A DNA stretch of 64,000 nucleotides, from NCBI GenBank assembly GCA_965213685.1, contig CBDBZY010000064.1:832001-896000 (forward strand), given 5' to 3'. Below are positions 60,176 through 64,000 of the stretch, piece after piece. Each line of letters begins with the position of its first letter. Within the stretch, counting starts at the first letter, position 1. Source of the DNA: a bacterium (lineage in GTDB: Bacteria; UBA8248). The position numbers and the translations under genes are program-made. The notes beneath the pieces were generated by a model, which saw only the letters and a list, made by a program, of their open reading frames with translations, ran no database searches and was not told where the DNA came from.

Positions 60176-60975
60176 CTAGTACATCTGATGATCACCACAG
60201 TCACCAACCCAAGCAGGCACTGTGTAGGAATGAGCCCAGCCACACTTATTGGGAGATATACCAGAATCCTGCGTTACTACCCTGAAACAAGTGAGGAAGG
60301 GGTGTAACCTCATTCCTGCAATAATTGATATGTCGATGACACCACCCCAGTTTCCAGAGAGCAGAGCAGTTCCCATAGCAATGGTAATATAGTAACGACA
60401 ATGACATTTGTATGGCTGGAATATAATGAAGAGGACACAGTACAGGAGGATGAAGATGGTGGTTATTGAAACTGGAGAGAGTCCATGAAAACATCCCAAG
60501 CAACACTAACCCGCTGAGGAGGAGGAAGCCTAAGAATGAGCAATAGTCTCTGGTACCATTTGTCCTGCCCTTGAAAGTGCCCTGGAACACGTCCATGAAT
60601 ATACGCAATACATGAGAGTTGAGGTGGAGCCTGTTCAGCAAGCGTTGGAAGCAGCGAAGAGGGTGGAGAAAGAGCAGCAACATTGGTAGCACCACCAGGA
60701 GTACCATTACTGTGAGGGCCAACAGAGCAAAGGGCAAGTGCTCACTACCAAAGTACTCCACTGTGGGCGCATTGAGGAGACAGTGCTTCATAGTAGGATG
60801 TGTGGCAGTTTCATTGTGATAGAAATATACATAGGTAGGCACCCGCACATTGAATGAAGCAGTGAGGAGCTGAGAGGTGGACAAGAAGATGAATGAGGCC
60901 AAAACATTGATGAGTGATGTCCTCACATTCCACTGCTGTTTGAAGTGCTTCAGTAGCCACCTCTGCATTGAGAGA
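60176..60975 (-). pseudogene. 3' fragment of a multi-pass membrane protein from an expanded, uncharacterised basal-animal family; frameshifted
   Basis: LASFIFLSTSQLL...EYFGSEHLPFALLAL...LLLFLHPLRCFQRLL...IFMDVFQGTFK..TNGTRDY; the frame switches near 60480. The 3' part is duplicated at ~61690-62055. Confidence 0.65.
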
Positions 60976-61302
60976 GATTTTGGGCAGCATCACCTCAGGT
61001 TAAGACCCAGGGAAAGTTTGCTTGGACCATGTATCTCTCTCCCATCTTCGGTAGATACTGTCTTCTTTGCTGTGGGTGCATTTGACAATCAATTATGCTC
61101 TCAGTCTCTGTAGCTGAGTAGTTTCAGTGTGGGTGATAGAATGGACCACAGAGCACACCAAAGGATATTGTGTGACCTGTGTCTATCAGTGTTGCTGTGT
61201 CTGCTAGCTCTCCAGCCACTGACTCTTCATGCCCTCGATCTGTGGGCACTTTCTCCTCTTCTCTCCTTCTTTCCCTCCCCCCAGTCTTCCTCCCTCCCCT
61301 CA

Positions 61303-61560
61303 GGACAGGATGTGGTGGCAGCCACTGACTTCTCACAATGTATTTGTTCCCCTTGGCATTGTGCTGCAGCCGTGGATAGCAAGCCTCGTGATGGCCTTCA
61401 GCTCAGTGTCTGTTGTGTGCAGTTCTCTCCTGCTCAAGTGGTGAGTAATAACATCCTGCATTGTGGGCTGTGTTGGAGGATACTGTGTTTGTCTCTCCAC
61501 AGCTGTCACAGGCAGACCCAGTCTGACCTGCAGTCAACCCTGACCACCACCTTAGGTCCT
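61303..61560 (+). pseudogene. ATP7: Isolated C-terminal fragment of a Cu-transporting P1B ATPase (ATP7-like)
   Basis: [10 protein letters not shown] (cf. LDVVASIDLS) is followed by [34 protein letters not shown] (cf. the last ATP7 TM [25 protein letters not shown].LK), a GT donor at 61441 and an acceptor at ~61502. Confidence 0.8.
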
Positions 61561-62382
61561 CTGTACCTCACCAGTGCCCTCCAGTCCATCTCCACTCCAG
61601 CGTCTGTGCCACTGGCGTGGCCTGGGCATGCTGGTCTGGAGAACTAAGCCTCGAACCACACTATTGTTCTAGTAGATGGAATGTGAGGATACAATTATTT
61701 ATTTGTGGTTCATTAGAATGTTGTGAACTTTCCAGTGTTACAATGTGTCATGAATACACACATAATTAAAAGTGCACTAACTATGTGTTGCTAACTGCAC
61801 AAGGAAGTAGTCAAAATGCATGACGATTGTACATGTATGCAATGCCTTGGTCACAGTATCATTATATAGTGTGATAAATATGCCAGTCTGACACATTATT
61901 AATTTAATAGTTTTGAGCAGCAGGACTGGTACATCTGATGATCACCACAATCACCAACCCAAGCAGATACAGTGTAGGAATGAGCCCAGCCATAGTTGTT
62001 GAGATGTACAAGAACCCTGCGTTACTACCTTGAAATGAATAAGGAAGGGGTGTGCTCACTCTTGAGATCATGAGAAATGATACCTGGTGTTATGTGGATG
62101 TTACTTTGTGGTACAGTTGTCTAACAATTCCAGGATACTGCCTTCATCTAATCTGTGCTGATCAGTACTTGTCTCTATATAGCCCTCCCAGTACTCTTTG
62201 TTGTTTGAAAAAAAAAAAATTATATGTCTCATTTGGCTACTGTCATTCCCCTCAAAAGTCCTCTTTAAATTCACACGTTCAGTGAAAGTTGAACTGGAGG
62301 CCATTACACTACACCTGAAGCAGGTCATCAGTGATCCCAATGCAATTCTTACCCACTAGCGTTTGGTAATGAGCTGTATGCA

Positions 62383-62627
62383 CACTGCAAAAAGAGAATT
62401 GTTCTTTTAACAAAGACCTTTGTCATGTGAGTTGCACCTGCACAGCTGTGTCCATGCTTCCCTCGCATGTAGTACACAATCACAACATTTCCTTGTCATG
62501 TGGCCCATGACACAGCCGAAAATGGCTGTGATGATAATATTTATAGTGTTTGAGAGTACAGTTTACATGGCCTTACAACTTATGTGACAAAGGTCTTTGT
62601 TAAAGTAACAATGTCGTTTTTGCTGTG
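62383..62627. mobile_element. MITE with CACTG/CACAG termini, copy 1
   Basis: cactgcaaaaagagaattgttcttttaacaaagacctttgtca ... tgacaaaggtctttgttaaagtaacaatgtcgtttttgctgtg. Confidence 0.85.
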
Positions 62628-62814
62628 ATGGAAGAGTATTATTCTCCTGCTAAACAGCTCAGCTCTCACAACCTTGTTCCTGTAGCCAATGGCAAGCCAC
62701 TCAAGAGTTACAAAATATTGCAAATATAGGACTTCAGAACAGACCCCTTCATATCATAATCCCTGGACAAGAACTCTTTCTGTGAAACTCTGTCTAGTGC
62801 TCACTAGTTTACCT

Positions 62815-63059
62815 CACAGCAAAAAGGACATTGTTCCTTTAACAAAGACCTTTGTCATGTGAGTTGCAGATATATTCAAAAATGTACTCTCATATACTAC
62901 AAATGATATCATCACAGCTGTTGTGGGCTTTACTATGGCCATATGACAAGGAAATGTTGTGATTGTGTAGTACATGGGAGTAAAGTATGGACATGGTTAC
63001 ACAGGTGCAACTCACATGACAAAGGTCTTTGTTAAAGGAACAATTCTGTTTTTGCAGTG
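62815..63059. mobile_element. MITE with CACAG/CACTG termini, copy 2 (opposite orientation)
   Basis: cacagcaaaaaggacattgttcctttaacaaagacctttgtca ... tgacaaaggtctttgttaaaggaacaattctgtttttgcagtg. The internal sequence is the reverse complement of copy 1. Confidence 0.85.
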
Positions 63060-64000
63060 GCGCTTGTGTCTTGATTTGCTTTGCTCACTGAGAGGAATGG
63101 CTCCCTGAGTGACCAAAACTGTAGCTTTAGATTTATGCAGCCAACTTCAGGCACAAAACATAATAAGACTTTCTGTTCATCATCTGACAGCATGTGTCGT
63201 TTGAAAACAAACAAGTTGATCCCATTATTTTGTGGTGTTTGAATAGAATGCTGGAGGTTAGAGCTTGCAGTTCAATAAATCAAACTTGCAGTTCACAAGA
63301 AGATGGTGAAATGAAGAGGCAAGAGAATGAGAGGACAAGATACACCCCATCCTGCAGTACAGTGACTTTCACAACTCTCTCCAACCCTGTAGCATGTCTG
63401 GGAATTACATTGCCCCTGAAAGAGTCACGTACAGTTTGCTCTACTCAGCCTGCCAACAACATTGCTTCTATACAGCTCTACAATACTCTGGACCAAATGG
63501 CTTCTTGCTGAACAGCTTTTTCATTGCTCCCGGCCTTACTATTGTACCCATACTAATATTTAACCATGCTCTCGCAGAAAGTGATACCTAGGGCATGATT
63601 TCCATGATTCAAGGAACACTCTAGACCTCACACAATGTTTTCCAGTGCTTACATATTCATGGTCAATCAGTTACTGCATACATGAATAATTCATTAGATT
63701 GGTGAGCTTTTGTTTTACCTGCATCCCAAGTTAGAGAGCAATGAAAGAGCCTGACACTTGGACAGGTAAGATTAATCTATAAATCAAATGGTTTTGGTCT
63801 TTATTATAACTGCATTAACATTATTCAAATTATAACTATTTTAGTCACTTCTACTATTGTTTGCTGAAATGTCACTGTGGACCTTTGTCCATATATTCTT
63901 GGAATTCCTTCATCACCATGGCTTCCATCTCATGAAAGGTGTAGTCACTGGTTGGAAGGAACTCATTAATCACCTGAGTGTTTGCCACGTAATCAAAGTA

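Larger units (their letters stand above)
62100..63220 (-). pseudogene. Decayed paralogue of the carbohydrate sulfotransferase catalytic exon, split by two MITEs
   Basis: FKRHMLSDDEQKVLLCFVPEVGCINLKLQF versus [30 protein letters not shown] in the intact gene. A remnant of SVLKSY...YRNK lies at ~62660-62750. Confidence 0.8.

Overview
Eukaryotic, intron-rich animal DNA, not prokaryotic. Short GT-AG introns, microsatellites and the mix of gene and transposon families suggest a demosponge or a similar early-branching animal (inference only). Three spliced genes look intact where I could trace them by hand. (1) A ~13.7 kb minus-strand adhesion GPCR (33295-19605) with an unusual ectodomain: signal peptide, Reeler, NIDO, an unassigned ~250 aa region, Ig-like domains, two thrombospondin-type EGF/type-3 Ca-binding modules, HRM, GAIN/GPS, 7TM and an NPxY tail. 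(2) A plus-strand two-exon CABIT-SAM adaptor of the GAREM/THEMIS type (40311-43112). (3) A five-exon minus-strand type II membrane carbohydrate sulfotransferase with an Ig domain and a mucin stalk ahead of the catalytic domain (57137-49776), plus a decayed paralogue near 62-63.5 kb. The rest is decayed mobile DNA (pogo-like DDE+PHD, DIRS fragments, CR1/L2-, CRE- and RTE-like LINEs, many MITEs), gene fragments (BEN, HIRAN-like, ATP7, a multi-pass membrane protein), a tRNA-like element, tandem and fold-back duplications, and microsatellites. Exon boundaries were read by eye and domains were assigned from recognised motifs; no searches were run.
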